From Eledone cirrhosa (Eukaryota): DNA of 64,000 nucleotides. The stretch covers positions 7,440,001-7,504,000 of the forward strand of contig OZ024762.1 of assembly GCA_964016885.1 (NCBI GenBank). Reading direction: 5' to 3'. The notes beneath the pieces are model-generated. The model was not told the DNA's origin. It was given only the letters and a program-made list of their open reading frames with translations, and did no database searches. The translations under genes were made by a program, and so were the position numbers. Shown in pieces: positions 13,201 to 28,200 of this stretch; within the stretch, counting starts at the first letter, position 1; each line of letters starts with the position of its first letter.

Positions 13201-16200
13201 TGGAAGAGGACAACTTGAGTGGAGGTTGGTGGCACATCTGATGACATCTGGGAGAAGATATCTTGAGTGGAAGTTGGTAGCACATGTGGTGACAGTGGGC
13301 GTGGTGGTGGTCGCTGTTGTGGTTTATTTGATTTAAAGACAGAACCATCAGAACTGGAACCAGTTATTGGCAGATGCTGCTTTGGTTCTTGTTGTCGTTG
13401 TCCATTTTGGACATTTTGCTGGTTGACTCTTTGGATCGCTTTAAAAGTATCAGGAATTGCTTTGTCGGAAACACCGAAAGCCTGGTCCACTGATGGTTGT
13501 TCATGGCTAACCTCGTCTACTTCATCAGAGTTTGAAGTCGAAAATGAGCCGTAGGAGTGCTGCGAAATATTGGGAGACAATACCCTGGAGGCTTCTGGGA
13601 GATATATTTGATTGGTTCCAGTTGTGTTGTCTTGATTACTGCTGTGGCTGTGAAACGAGGTTTGAAGGACGGGAGGAAAAGACAGAGAAGAAGAAGACGA
13701 CATGTTTGACTGAGGTCGACTGTATTTAGTAGTGAGAGACGGTCGGTAGGTTGGTGCTTGAGAAGATTCAGTTTGGTCAGCTCTGATCTTCTCGAAAGAA
13801 GACAGTTGGTTATTGAGTGATAAATCATTACAAAGAGCCGCCATTTCTGAAGGTTTATGGTCAGTGCCAAGAGAAGGGGACTCTGATAGTTTAGTCAAAG
13901 GGGTCAGACTAGAGGCGGAGAAAGAACCACGGACAGGGTGACTGGTTAGCAAACGGCTTTTGAATTTAGAAAGCATGGGAGCAATAAACTCTGTGAGATT
14001 GAAAGAACTTTCTGGAATTGAAACACTCGGAATGGAATCAATGTTTGATATTGAGACAGAATTTTGTGTGGTTTTATCAAGAGTGGAATTGGTTCCATTT
14101 GTGGCGGCAGCGCTGACATTTTTTTCAGAGCAGTGAAATAAATCAAACTTGGATATTTCAGACTGGTTACAAATACTTTTATCAGCTTCAAAAGTTGTTG
14201 TGTTTTGTGTTATAGAACCAGTAGCACCTGTAGTAGAATTCACAGAGTTGTACAGTGGCTTATTACTGAAAGAAGTTGCACCATCTTCTGCAATATTCTC
14301 CAAGTGATTACATCTGGTGCTCTGTATGTCATCAGATCTGGTGCTCTGTATGTCATCAGATCTGGTGCTCTGTATGTCATCAGATCTGGCGTTCTGTATG
14401 TCATCACAATAGGTGTTTGGCACGACATTTAACGAATTGAATGCCAAATCTTGGTGTTTCTGCCCCAAAAGGTGTAACTGGGTCAGAAATGCTGACAGCT
14501 CCTTGTGATTGTCCATAATTTCTCTAGATAATGAACTGACCGATAGAATTTCAGATGAAGGAGTTTCAGAGCCGGATATCAACTGTTTTGAGGGTAAAAC
14601 TGATGTCAATTTTAATTCATCTGAACTGGTTTCTGAAAATTTCGGGTCACACTGCAGAGGACCAAAATTAATTTCATTGTTTTGAGATTTTATTGATTCC
14701 GAATCGGAACCAGCGCTGTTTCGGTCATTTAAGTCTTGGACATCATCAGAACTTTGATCACAAGATGATTTGGATTGTTCGAGAAGAATCTCTTTCCAGG
14801 TTTTATGTCTGTTATGTTTCCCATCTAAAGCAGCAGTTTCTTCATCTTCTGCTTGTTCCGATATTGAAATATCGGTATTTTGCCATAAAGGGACAGATTT
14901 AGGACTGTAAGGGTCAGTTCTCAGAGAACTGTTGGCACCTAGAATAAGTAGACAAGAAATCATTCAATATTTTCAATAGACAGTGTTTATATTTATTTCC
15001 AGTTACATTATTACATAACAACAACAATAACAACAGCAATGATTTCTACTATAGGCACAAAGCCAGCAATTTGAGGGAGGGAGGAAAATTGATTAAATCA
15101 ACCCCAGTGTATTACTGGTACTTTATTTTATCGACCATGTGAAGATGAAAGGCAAAGCTAAGCTCAGCGGGATTTGAACTCAGAACCTAAAGGGCTGTAA
15201 CTCTATGCTGCAAAGTATGGTGTCTGACGCTCTACCGATTCTGCCAATCCACCAAAATAATAATAATAAATGATAATAGCTCACCTGAAAAGCCAATTAA
15301 TGAGTGGTGACGTGTTGATACTTCATCTGTGACATCAGACGGTTGACAGAGATCAAAAGACTAGAAGAAAACAACAAAGAAATAAAAATAAAAAATAACA
15401 AACCTATTTTTGGTAGCAAGACATGGTCACCTGACCCAACTTGCTTCTAATGGGACAACACGTCTAACCCATGCTAGCGTGGAAAATGGACATTAAACAA
15501 TGATGATTATGATGATGATGATTGTTTATACAGAAGTCAGATGTCACAACAGATTTGAACTGTTGGAACTGAAGAGGTTAGCCTAGTGAAGTGTGTGGAA
15601 GGGTTCACTTTGAAGACCTCTATGTTGAGATGGGCCCCTCCCGCTGATAAATCTCAGAATAACCTGTAATATCTGTGTGGAAGGGTTCACTATGAAGACC
15701 TCTATGTTGAGATGGGCCCCTCCCGCTGATAAATCTCAGAATAACCTGTAATATCTGTGTGGAAGGGTTCACTATGAAGACCTCAATGTTGAGATGGGCC
15801 CCTCCCTCTGATAAATCTCAGAATAACCTGTAATATCTGTGTGGAAGGGTTCACTTTGAAGACCTCTATGTTGAGATGGGTCCCTCCCGCTGATAAATCT
15901 CAGAATAACCTGTAATATCTGTGTGGAAGGGTTCACTATGAAGACCTCAATGTTGAGATGGGCCCCTCCCTCTGATAAATCTCAGAATAACCTGTAATAT
16001 CTGTGTGGAAGGGTTCACTATGAAGACCTCAATGTTGAAATGGGCCCCTCCCTCTCAGTCACTATCTACCTATCATCATCATCTTTTAACGCTAGCATGG
16101 GTTAGAAGGGAATTGTCCCACTTCAGACAAAATTGATCGGGTGACCGTGTCTCACTCATATAGGACTGTATCTGGCAGGTTTTCTATGGCTGGATGCCCT

Positions 16201-19200
16201 CCCTAACACCAACCACTTTACAGCGTGGACTGGGTGCTTTTTGTCATGACACCTACATGACCACTTTAGTTTATCTCTTTCTCTGTCTATCTATTTCACT
16301 CTTTCACTTTCTCTCTCTATCTATCTATATTTCTCTCTCTTTCTCTGGAAGAAATCGATTGTGTTCAGACCCAGTGAGAGATGATGGGCTTTGCCACGTT
16401 GAAAAAAAAAATGCCCAAGAAATGCTGTATGTCACTGTGCAGTCCTTACGACCCCAGCAAGAGTCCTGGGGTCATAAATACATACAAGACCATACACGAT
16501 GTGCCACCACAGAGGTCTGTTTGATCATGGTTGACCTAGGGTTAAACAACAACCACAACAACAACAAACTAAATGAACTTACCGATCTGCTGAGCTGAAG
16601 AATGTCTCCAGTGCTGGAATGGTTATAGATTTCACGGAAATCGTCATTGTTGTTATTGAAGTACTCAAGAAGGGTGTCCGACTTCTTTTTCCTGGCAGTG
16701 GCTGGTGAGACAGAGGAGTAACTATGGCGATTGTCCGACAGATACGTGTTCATCAGGATACTCTCTGCCTCTTCGATGGCGCTGAGTTCATGAGGGTAAT
16801 GACCGTTTATGAAGGCTGACCGTTGGATAGGAGGACGCCGTTGATCCAAGACTCCTCCGGGCTTCCTCATCCCTGACCATGAATCTGAGGTAACTTCTTC
16901 TTCGGAAGCAGGAACACTCACAGATACCTCTTTGACTTCTTTGGACTTCACGCGAATATCAACATTTCTGTCAAACACTTCGCTGCCACTAGATAGCACC
17001 TGTTGACTCAACAATTCCGTTCTTTTGTCAATGTTGTCAAATTCTTTCTGTAAAATTTTGCGGTTTCTTTGAATTTCCTGGTTAATAGTGGCAGCATCTT
17101 CAATAAAACCAGGTTCCCGGAGATGTCCAGTGCTGCGTCCAATATCTGTGAGGCCAGAAGTTCTTCCTGTCACTCCAATGTCTGTGAGGTCATAAGTTCT
17201 TGCTGGTAATGCAGGCGCTGTCGAAGATGGTAACCTTTCGCCATTCAATTGTGATGGTCTATAATTGCTTTGGAAGTTCTTCTCACAATGAAGACATTCG
17301 GTATCTTTTGCAGATAACATTGCTAATAAATCAACTTCGTTAGATGGCACACTGTGACTCTTCAGTTTCTCTGGCAGCACTGGGCTCCGTAAACCCGGCT
17401 GCTGGTGGTGTTGTTGCTGGTACTGCCATGGTTTTAGACTTTTAGCGGTGTCCAAGCTGACCAAACTGGATGGCAAAGCAACACCTTTCTGCAAGACATT
17501 CCCAGAAAGAATGTTTTTTAATGAAGCATAAGACGTCGGTAAAGAACCTGGCAGAGAATTCGGCCAACCTAGTTGTTCATCTGCTTGGGATCGTTCTTCA
17601 CCATCTCCAGATAAGACGGTGGAAGGCTGCCTGACTCCTTGCAGGGTTTGCAAAGACCGATAGAGTTGCTGCACCTTCGAAGATGCTGAGATTTGGCTCA
17701 TTGTATCAGAAGACAGAGGAAGGTTTGATAGGACACCATCATCTGAAATAGCATCAGTATCATCAGAGTTCGCGCTGTCATCAAAAGGAGGATAAGGAGG
17801 CGCAGGACGCGGTGGTAGAAACAACTGACTTTCACCAACATCATGCGTCTCCGAGGCAACATTTGCTGCTACTGCATTCTGGGAAGAGACTTCAGTATCA
17901 TCAAGACCAGAAGATGGAGATTTAGTTTCCTCTTCGTGTTTCTGAAGCATTTGTTTTTGGTATTCTCTAACTTTGGAAATATTTTCAGATAACTTATGAA
18001 CTGTGAGGGGGAAATGTTTGCCTAAGTTGGTGGTACTTAGAGACGACAAGAAATTCAGGGGTGGCGAATCATTTCGGTACAGCTCTGCAGATTCTTTGAT
18101 CTGTGTCATGTTTGACTGAATAAGGGCCCTGCCCTGCTCCAATAACTCATTAATGTTAGGTGGTTGATTATTCCGGAAGGTTCCTTTGTCCGGTGAGTCT
18201 GTTTGGTCAACAGAATCTCCAACCGACTGTTTGACTTCATGTGCTGGAGTAGTTTGAGGAGGGTCAAAACTGGAACCACTCACTCGGTCAGGTTTATCTT
18301 TGTCAAAGTTACGGAGTCTTTCTTCCAATTTTCTTTTCTGCTCCCTGGGTAAAAAAAAAAAAAAAAATTAATATAATCGAGAAAGCTACAATAACATTAA
18401 TTTTAAGGCCATTTTCTTCAAACCCTGAGCACCTTTTTGATTTCCATGTGTCTAACACCTGTGGACAAGCTTACAAAATCAGAAAACAGCACAGCTTCCA
18501 TGACCTTTGGAAACATTTTTTCATGCTCAGAGTTGCTGAAGCATGGAACAAACTACCTGCATCAGTTGTTAGCTGTCAAGACACTGCATCCTTTAAAACC
18601 TCCATGGAACAAACTACCTGCATCAGTTGTTAGTTGTCGAGACACTGCATCCTTTAAAACTTCCATGGAACAAACTACCTGCATCAGTTGTTAGCTGTCG
18701 AGACACTGCATCCTTTAAAACTTTCATGGAACAAACTACATGCATCAGTTGTTAACTGATGAGACACTGCATCCTTTAAAACTTCCATGGAACAAACTAC
18801 CTGCATCAGTTGTTAGCTGTCGTGACACTGCATCCTTTAAAACCTCCATGGAACAAACTACCTGCATCAGTTGTTAGCTGTCGAGACACTGCATCCTATC
18901 CTGTAAAACCTCCATGTTTCCTGAAATTCACCAACACTACAACTGATATCCTCGCTCCATACACGCGCACACATGTATATCATGACTCATACACCGTTCA
19001 TTTTCCTGACATTTGTACATTATTCTATGTACTATACATGCACCTTTGATGAGTTGTAGTGCACCTGAGCACTGTACACAATAATTTTCATTATTATTAT
19101 TATTATTATGACAATGACAACAATGATAAATAAAACTGCCAACAAGAGAAACAAAAACTCACACAATTCTCTTCTTTTGTTCCATAACTTGTTTGATTTG

Positions 19201-22200
19201 CTGTTGAAGATTCAACGGCTGGTCTGTTAGTTTTGGAAACCCTGGCTACAATGGAACAGAACAACAATAACAACAACATTTTAACTCCTTTCATACAATA
19301 TAGTTCCAATGAAATATACTGTACAGTGAGTAGCAGGGAAAAACAGATCTTTAGCATTTAAATCGGCCATATTCGACCAGAATTCTGTCACCACTTTCTG
19401 TTCAAACTGGCTGTACCCAGCCACTCATACTGATGTTAAGGTATTGTTCTCAAAATAAATAATATCAAAATCTCGTAGATTCGATATTATGTAAAGTAAA
19501 CCTTTACTGTGAAAATATAATAGTATATATAGAGTAATGTAAATTGTAAAGGATTATCAATGAAGAGTTTTGAAAAATTGACTAAAATAAATTATTTCAT
19601 TAAGATCATATTGGTACCATGAATGATGGTGGCAAGTTATGATTTAAATAGGAACCTTTTAAAATGAGTGGTTTTGTTTTATAGAACCAGAGCTGGTTTG
19701 GTCAGGTTGGTATTAAAAGGTTTAAATAAGAATCCTTTAAAATGAGTGGTTTTATTATCATAGAATCAGAGGTGGTTTTAGTTGTGTTAATATCATAAGG
19801 ATTAAATAGGAACACTTTTAAACCTTTAGCATTTACATTACTCTATATATAGTATTGTATTTTCATGGTAAAGGCTTTATCTCACATAATATCGAATCTA
19901 TGAGATTTTCATATTATTTATTGTGAGAACAATACCTTAACATCAGTATGAGTGGCTAGTTACAGCAGGTTTGAACAGAAAAAAGTGAGAGAATTCTGGC
20001 CATATACGACTGGTTTAAATGAGTGGGTTTGTTTCATAGAACCAGAAGGGGTTTCAGAGTGATTACTGAGGGAAATTGTTTCTGTAAAAAGAATAACAGG
20101 AGATATCTTACCTGTCTAATTTCTGCTCTGTTGCTATCAGCTACACCATCATCATCATCAATGGCAGTATCAACAATTTCATCTTCAAGGGCAGTATCAA
20201 CAGTTTCATCATCACCTTTCATATTTAAGACTTCAGAATCTCTAGTTTCGCTTTCATCTGGTGTCAAAGACACAGCTGACTCTTCAGGGCTCTGAACCAA
20301 GCTGGGCCCAACATCATGGGTCGGTTCAGAAACAGAGACCTCCTCCCTAAACCCTCCTCTCACTTCTGCTCCTCTTCCTTCTTCCCTACTCTGAGGAATC
20401 TGGGATTTTGTAGATTCTGTTGTTAAACGAGAAGATAGAAAGAAATTAAAAAAATTACAACAACACAAAACAGTAACACAACTACAACACAACATGATGT
20501 TGGTGACAATGATTATAGTGATGACAATCTAAACTATTATAAAGTAAGGAGTGCAGGACTGCGTACGGTTTATAATTTTTTTATCCCATTAGTAAAATAA
20601 GTTGGATTACTTTGAATAAATAATGAATGAATATTACATAATTTATCTACTAAATTTTGTAGCTGTTGATTAAATATATTTTATTACTTATTTAAAGATT
20701 CACTTCTTTAAAATTTTCAAATGTCAACACTTCCGGTTAGCGATCGCTTAAATAAACATTCATATATTTCTGCCACTAATTTTCTCCTAATGCAGTTTAT
20801 ATATAATATCGTCTTATTTAATGTACCATGGATTACTTTACCGATTACATAAGACAGTGTAACGCAGTCTTCGTTTAATTTTTGTGTATATTGTCAATTA
20901 CGATTTTATTTGACGTATCATATCTACATGTATATATACTTGCGTATAATATCAATATACACACTACACATGCTAGCAGAAAAAACCACCCGAAGGGTAC
21001 CTTTTCTGCTAGTGGTGATAATGATGATGATTCTATAGTGTATAAAGTATATAGTGTATACATAGTATATACAAAGTACCAGAATTGTTTGTTCTACTTT
21101 GACCAGCGTCGACAAATTGTAGATTGTCTGTTACGTCACTGATCCACTCATCACGTTGGCTTTTAATACGATTGAACAGCGACTGTAAAGTAAATTCTGA
21201 AACGAGAAGGTATAGTGTCAGGTAGATTGTATAATGAGCTGATATAGTGTCAGGTAGATTGTATAATGAGCTGATATAGTGTCAGGTAGATTGTATAATG
21301 AGCTGATATAGTGTCAGGTAGATTGTATAATGAGCTGATATAGTGTCAGGTAGATTGTATAATGAGCTGATATAGTGTCAGGTAGATTGTATAATGAGCT
21401 GATATAGTGTCAGGTAGATTGTATAATGAACTGATATAGTGTCAGGTAGATTGTATAATGAACTGATATAGTGTCAGGTAGATTGTATAATGAGCTGATA
21501 TAGTGTCAGGTAGATTGTATAATGAGCTGATATAGTGTCAGGTAGATTGTATAATGAGCTGATATAGTGTCAGGTAGATTGTATAATGAGCTGATATAGT
21601 GTCAGGTAGATTGTGTAATGAGCTGATATAGTGTCAGGTAGATTGTATAATGAGCTGATATAGTGTCAGGTAGATTGTGTAATGAGCTGATATAGTGTCA
21701 GGTAGATTGTGTAATGAGATGACAGTGTCAGATAGATTGTATAATGAGATGACAGTGTCAGATAGATTGTGTAATGGGATGATAGAGTGTCAGATAGATT
21801 GTGTAATGAGATGATAGAGTGTCAGGTAGATTGTGAAATGAGATGATAGAGTGTCAGGTAGATTGTGAAATGAGATGATACAATGATTATCAGGTACATT
21901 TTGTAACAAGAAGAAATATTTGCTACACCTTGGAATCTCAGGTAATCAGTGATGGTCTGTAGTCCAGGTAAGAGTTTGTAAAAGATTTTCATGAGTTCAA
22001 ATGTCATGAAAAATTAATGTCTCCACTGAACCACAGATTGAGCCATGTCTCAACTGAGCTACTGATTGAGCCACACATTTCAACTGAGCTACTGATTGAG
22101 CCACACGTTTCAACTGAGCTACTGATTGAGCCACACGTTTCAACTGAGCTACTGATTGAGCCACACGTCTCAACTGAGCTACTGATTGAGCCACACGTTT

Positions 22201-25200
22201 CAACTGAGCTACTGATTGAGGATGAAAGACAAAGCTAACCTTGGCGGGATTTGAACTCAGAATGTAAAGGGACGTAACTCTATGCTGCAAGGCATAATGT
22301 TCAACGCTCTACTGATTGACCCACGTTTCAACTGAGCCACTGATTGAGCCACACGTTTCAACAGAGAAAAACAACCCAAACTCCCACTGTCATCACCTCT
22401 GTCTCTCTCGCCCGCCCCGAACTCCCACTGTCGTCACCTCTGTCTCTCTCGCCCTCCCCAAACTCCCACTGTCACTGCCTATATCTCTCTCACCCTCTCC
22501 GAACTCCTACTGTCATCACCTCCATCTCTCTCGCCCTCCCCATCTCTCACATGTACACCAGGTCCGAACACAGAAGAGACAAACTCCCACTGTCATCACC
22601 TCTGTCTCTCTCGCCCTCCTCATCTCTCACTATTGTGAGCAAATGGGGTCCCATGCACTGGTCGCCTCACAGCCCCACCGGACAGAATAGAGAAGGTGTT
22701 TCCTCGGATATCTTGTAGATGACAAAAAAAAACAAACCAAACAATGAAAATATGGAATAAAAGAGATATTTACTGTCTGTGTGTTTCTGTGACGAAGGAA
22801 TATTGGTTATATCTCTCATGGTTGTTGAGCTGGAGATAGATTCCTGGTCAGATGTGAGGGTAAGGTCAAGAGAATCTGTAGCAGCCGGGGTCTCGACTGC
22901 AGGGTGGGGTTCCAGCAGTACATTCAAGTCCCTCTTCAACTCTACAGGGAAGAAGAAGAAGGAGTAAGAAATCAATCAAGGAATCAATCAATAGATCAAT
23001 GTCATTTTGAACAAGGTGGTGGGGACTTGGTTAGTACACCCCTCCCCCACACAGTAAACCACAAGTCCAGGGGACATGATGTTAAATGATGGTAATAGTG
23101 GTAGTGGTGGTGATGATGTTATTGATGGTGATGGTGGTTGCTGTGATGATGGTGAACACTAACAACAACACCAACATCATCACCACCACCACCACCACAA
23201 CCAACATCATCACCACCACCACCACCGACAGCACCGCAACACCACCACAACCAACATCATCACACCAACACCACTACAACCAACACCAACAGCACCGCAA
23301 CATCATCACACCAAGACCACCACAACCAATATCACCACCACCACCACCAATACCAATAACCTCACCACCACCAAGATATTCAAGAAGAAAACTCAAGACC
23401 TGAATCACTACTGATGTAAATCTGTTCAAACTGTTTTTCCAATAGTTTCTGTTTAGCCTGAAGATTCTCCTGACGTTTGTATGGCGGAAGGAACACTTGC
23501 TTCTAGAAATTTCAGCCAAAAATATGGAATAGAAAAAAAAAAAAATGAAGAATTAGATTTTAATCCTTTATCATTTATATTACTCTATATATACTATTGT
23601 ATTTTCATAGTAAAGGCTTTACTGCTCATAATATCTCACATAACATTTACATTACTCTATATATACTATTGTATTTTCATAGTAAAGGCTTTATTGCACA
23701 TAATTTCTCACATAACATTTACATTACTTTATATCTACTATTGTATTTTCATAGTAAAGGCTTTACTGCACATAATATCTCACATAACATTTACATTACT
23801 CTATATCTACTATTGTATTTTCATAGTAAAGGCTTTACTGCACATAATATCTCACATAACATCTACATTACTCTATATATACTATTGTATTTTCACAGTA
23901 AAGGCTTTACTGCACATAATATCTCACATAACATTTACATTACTCTATATCTACTATTGTATTTTCACAGGAAAGGCTTTACCTCACATAATATCTAACA
24001 TAACATTTACATTACTCTATATCTACTATTGTATTTTCACAGGAAAGGCTTTACCTCACATAATATCTCACATAACATTTACATTACTCTATATATACTA
24101 TTGTATTTTCATAGTAAAGGCTTTACCTCACATAATATCTCACATAACATTTACATTACTTTATATATACTATTGTATTTTCACAGGAAAGGCTTTACCT
24201 CACATAATATCTCACATAACATTTACATTACTCTATATATACTATTGTATTTTCACAGGAAAGGCTTTACCTCACATAATATCTAACATAACATTTACAT
24301 TACTTTATATATACTATTGTATTTTCATGGTAAACACTTGATCTCATAACTATCTCACATAATATCGAATCTATGAGGTTTTGGATTTATTTATTTTGCG
24401 TACAATACCTTAACATTAGTATGAGCAGCTATTTATGGCAGGTTTGAGCAAAAAGAGGTGAGGGAATTCTGGCCGGATATAGCTGGTTTAAATGCAGAAT
24501 TTTTTTCAACATGCTGACGCGTGTGTGTATATGTGTATGTATAAGTGTGTATATGTGTGTGTATATGTGTATCTGTGCATATGCATACATTTACATGTAT
24601 CATATCATCATCGTTTAATGTGTATCTTCCACGCTAGCATGGGTTAGACGGGAATTGTCCCACTTGAGGCAAGATTGATCGGGTGACCGTGTCTCGCTCA
24701 TATAGGACTGTATCTGGCAGGAGTGTCTAAATATAAACGTGCAATCACAGACGCACACTTACAGACATACATTCACACAAATGCACATACAATCACGCAG
24801 ACATACTATTTACACAAACACACACATGCACTCACACACAGCGTAGCAAATGGAACGCCAACCGCTGTTTTTGCTACAGTTTGTTCACCATCCTTTTCCT
24901 TGTGTGAGATGGAAGTCGTACAAATTTATATAGAGATTCTAGATATCCCAGCCAAAATTATAGATTAGAAAACAGAAAATGAAGCATTTCTCTTTTTTTT
25001 CTTGGCAAATACAGTCATTTATTTGACATGAAATGTTGTTCAATAAAATGTACAGAAAAGCAAAAAAAAAAGCAACATTGGGAAGGACTATAAATGCCAT
25101 AAATGAAAGGAAAAATAGGAGGAGGGCAATGATTATTAGACAAAGGAAGAAAGAGAGGAAGAAAAAATAGAGGGTGACAGACTCTACACCGAGGTCACAG

Positions 25201-28200
25201 TGGTTTTTCGGCTACGCCCTGCAGACAAAATTGCAAAGACATTTCTGCAAACAATGGCCAGCAAAACCTGCTACATCAGTCACCCCACCTCAAACACTGC
25301 TACTGTTCTGATTTTACGGAAGAGGTCAGCTGTACAAGGGTCCAAGGATGACTGAGGTTAAAAAAAGCAAAGGTTTTGAAACTTACCGGAATTTTAGCCA
25401 ATTTTTTCTGCCTCTGTCTGGTGTCTCTCTTTTGCAGGAAGCTGATCTCTTTCATCATCTTTTGACTATCCTACAATGGAAGAGGAGAGATGTCATATGT
25501 GTGCCATAGTAAGAGGAGTCACTTGTGTGACACAGTGAGAGGAGGAGGAGTCACTTGTGTCATAGTAAGAGAAGTCTTGCTCAAGGAGCCAACATGAAAT
25601 AAAGGGTATTGCTCAAAGACCCAACATGAAATAAAGGGTCTTGCTCAAAGACCCAACATGGAATAAAGGGTCTTGCATAAAGACCCAACATGAAATAAAG
25701 TGTCTTGCTCAAGGACCCAACATGAAATAAAGGGTCTTGCTCAAAGACCCAACATGGAATAAAGGGTCTTGCTCAAAGACCCAACATGAAATAAAGTGTC
25801 TTGCTCAAGGACCCAATGTATTGCCCAGTCCAAGAATCGAACTCACAACCTCATGATTACGAGCCAAAATATTCCAAACCCCTCAGCCACAACAATCTTT
25901 ACCTAGTGTCATGTTATTACAGAAAGTTGGATGTAAAATGGTGAATATAAAGATGAGAGAAATCACAGACTTACTCTGTTGAGGAGTTCCATTTGTAAAG
26001 CCTTTTGGTATCGGTCATTTCGAACATGTTCCTGTTCCTCGGAGATCTGTTTCTGTTGTTCTTTCTGTTCTTGGAGAAGTAATTCTTGGGCCTTTGCAGC
26101 CATATGGCCATCTTTCATCTGAAAGTGGAGAAGAATTTGACTGGCGTTAATGTGAAATAAAGTGTCTTGCTCAAGGAAACAACACATCACCCGGTCTGAG
26201 AATTGAACTCACAACCTTTCGATTGCAAAGCCAATGCTCTAACCACTAAGCCATGTGCCTCCATATACTATATATATATATATACATACATATATCAGAA
26301 ATGAATTATACAAAGATATTTTAAAAAACTTGTGTTGCCATGGAGAACTAATAAATGTTTTCTTACCAATTTCTTGTTGTGTTTTTCTACAACTGCAGGA
26401 GATGGGTAGGAAATGTGAGACTGAAGAGGGACGGACTTATTCTGTCCTGACATGTGAACTGTGGAGATAAATAGATAGACATACATATTTATATATATAT
26501 ACAATGTAAATAGATAAATATATACACATGTGTTTATACACACTCTGTAAACAGAAATATATACACACATATTTATATATACAATGTACTTTTTTTTATC
26601 GACCTCGAAAGGATGAAAGGCAAAGTTGACCTCAGCAGGATTTGAACTCAGAGAGCAGAGAAGAGAGCATTCTATCCAACGTGCTAACATCTCCGCCAAT
26701 TCGTCGCCTTATATCTATGGCTCTGAACATTAATCAGTATACACTGAGGACGAAGAACTCAGAGCTGTATGGGAGCCTCCCAAAAGTCAGCTCGAAAATG
26801 ACAGAGGAGACTGAGGTTAGCTGGACATGCTCACCAACATCCAGAGTTGACACTGCACTCAGTGCTCCTGTGGGAGCCCCTGCATGGACACACTGGAAGA
26901 GGAAGGCCAAGGTTAACATATGTTGATGCCCTAAGGACAGACACTGGTCTCTTGGAGATGCAGGGCATGGCAGCGATAATGAGGGACAGAGACCGCTGGA
27001 GAGAACTCGTCCATGGATCTCGGGAATTTTACCCACCCGAGATAGATAGATATCTATGACAATAGAATTGGTAATCTTTAAAATTTAGAGATGTGTTGTA
27101 TTGTTTCACTTACGTGCTTCCTTAACTTCATCAAAAACTCCTGGTTGAGGGTGAGGCAAAGATGCTATCTTCATGGCTCGTTCTTTCTCTGTTTCCAAAG
27201 CTGCTTTCCTGTAGATAAGATAAAGTAGAAAGATCCCATAACTCCTTGTGATGTCATAGAGGCACCGTCATATGGCGTGTCTAGGGTACCTTTAAACCTG
27301 GTGGAGCCCAACCCTCTCCAGTTCTGAACACAGCTGATTTTCTCTGAAGATGAAGAATCGACCCCAATATTAGACTGGTACTTTTCTAATAATTGTTTCT
27401 ACTTTTTGGCACAATGCCGCCTATTATCCCAGTGTATTACTGGTGCTTTATTTTATCGACCTTGAAAGGATGAAAGGCAAAGTTGACCTTGGCAGGAATT
27501 GAACTGAAAACGCACAACGAGGTGGGACGAATACCGTAAAACATTCTATCTGATGTCTTAATGACTCTGCCAATTTCTTGTAGATGTTTATTGTTAAAAT
27601 GGAGCAGGAATTACTTAGAAACACGGATCAGTTAATTAGCTCTACTTTAATTCATCTTAACGATATCAACCCACCTAAAACAGTCTCTGGTTCTCTCAAA
27701 CAAAATCCAAAAATGTTAACCCTTTAGCATTTAAACTGGCCATGAATTCTCTCACCTCTTTCTGTTCAAACCAGCTGTAACTGACCACTCATACCAATGT
27801 TAATGTATTGTTCTCAAAATAAATAATATCAAAATCTCATAGTTTAGATATTATGTGAGATAACAATAGTAAATATAGAGTAATGTAAATGCTAAAGGGT
27901 TAAAGATGAGAGCAGATATGTAGAGATCACAGCCAATTTAGAATAACCTTCCTCTATCCAATCACAGTTTGAGTTTTATAATGGAACAGTCCAACAGCCT
28001 TTCCTCTTTAACCCTTTCATGATCAAATTTCTAATGAAATACACTCTATTTTAATTAATTAATGAAGAATTTTAAGAGATTTAGTAACATTATTAATTAT
28101 TTCAAATCCCGCCGAGGTTAACTTTGTCTTTCATCCTTACGGGGTCGATAAAATAAAGTACCCGTAATACACTGAGATAATTGCTGGCCTTGTGCCAAAA

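Noticed and set aside
21210-21880. Regular 32-bp array resembling a CRISPR array
   Set aside because: No unique spacers and a eukaryotic context; it is a plain minisatellite.
22671-22711. Possible small extra CEP295 exon
   Set aside because: Exons 22774 and 20416 already join in phase; including it would shift the frame.
23481-24341. 286-aa ORF, and similar ORFs at 8509-8891 and 44283-44647
   Set aside because: Translations of the MITE internal 60/72-bp minisatellite.
25190-25220. Possible poison cassette exon in a CEP295 intron (ctgcag|GGCGTAGCC..TGA)
   Set aside because: Weak donor and no independent support from the sequence alone.
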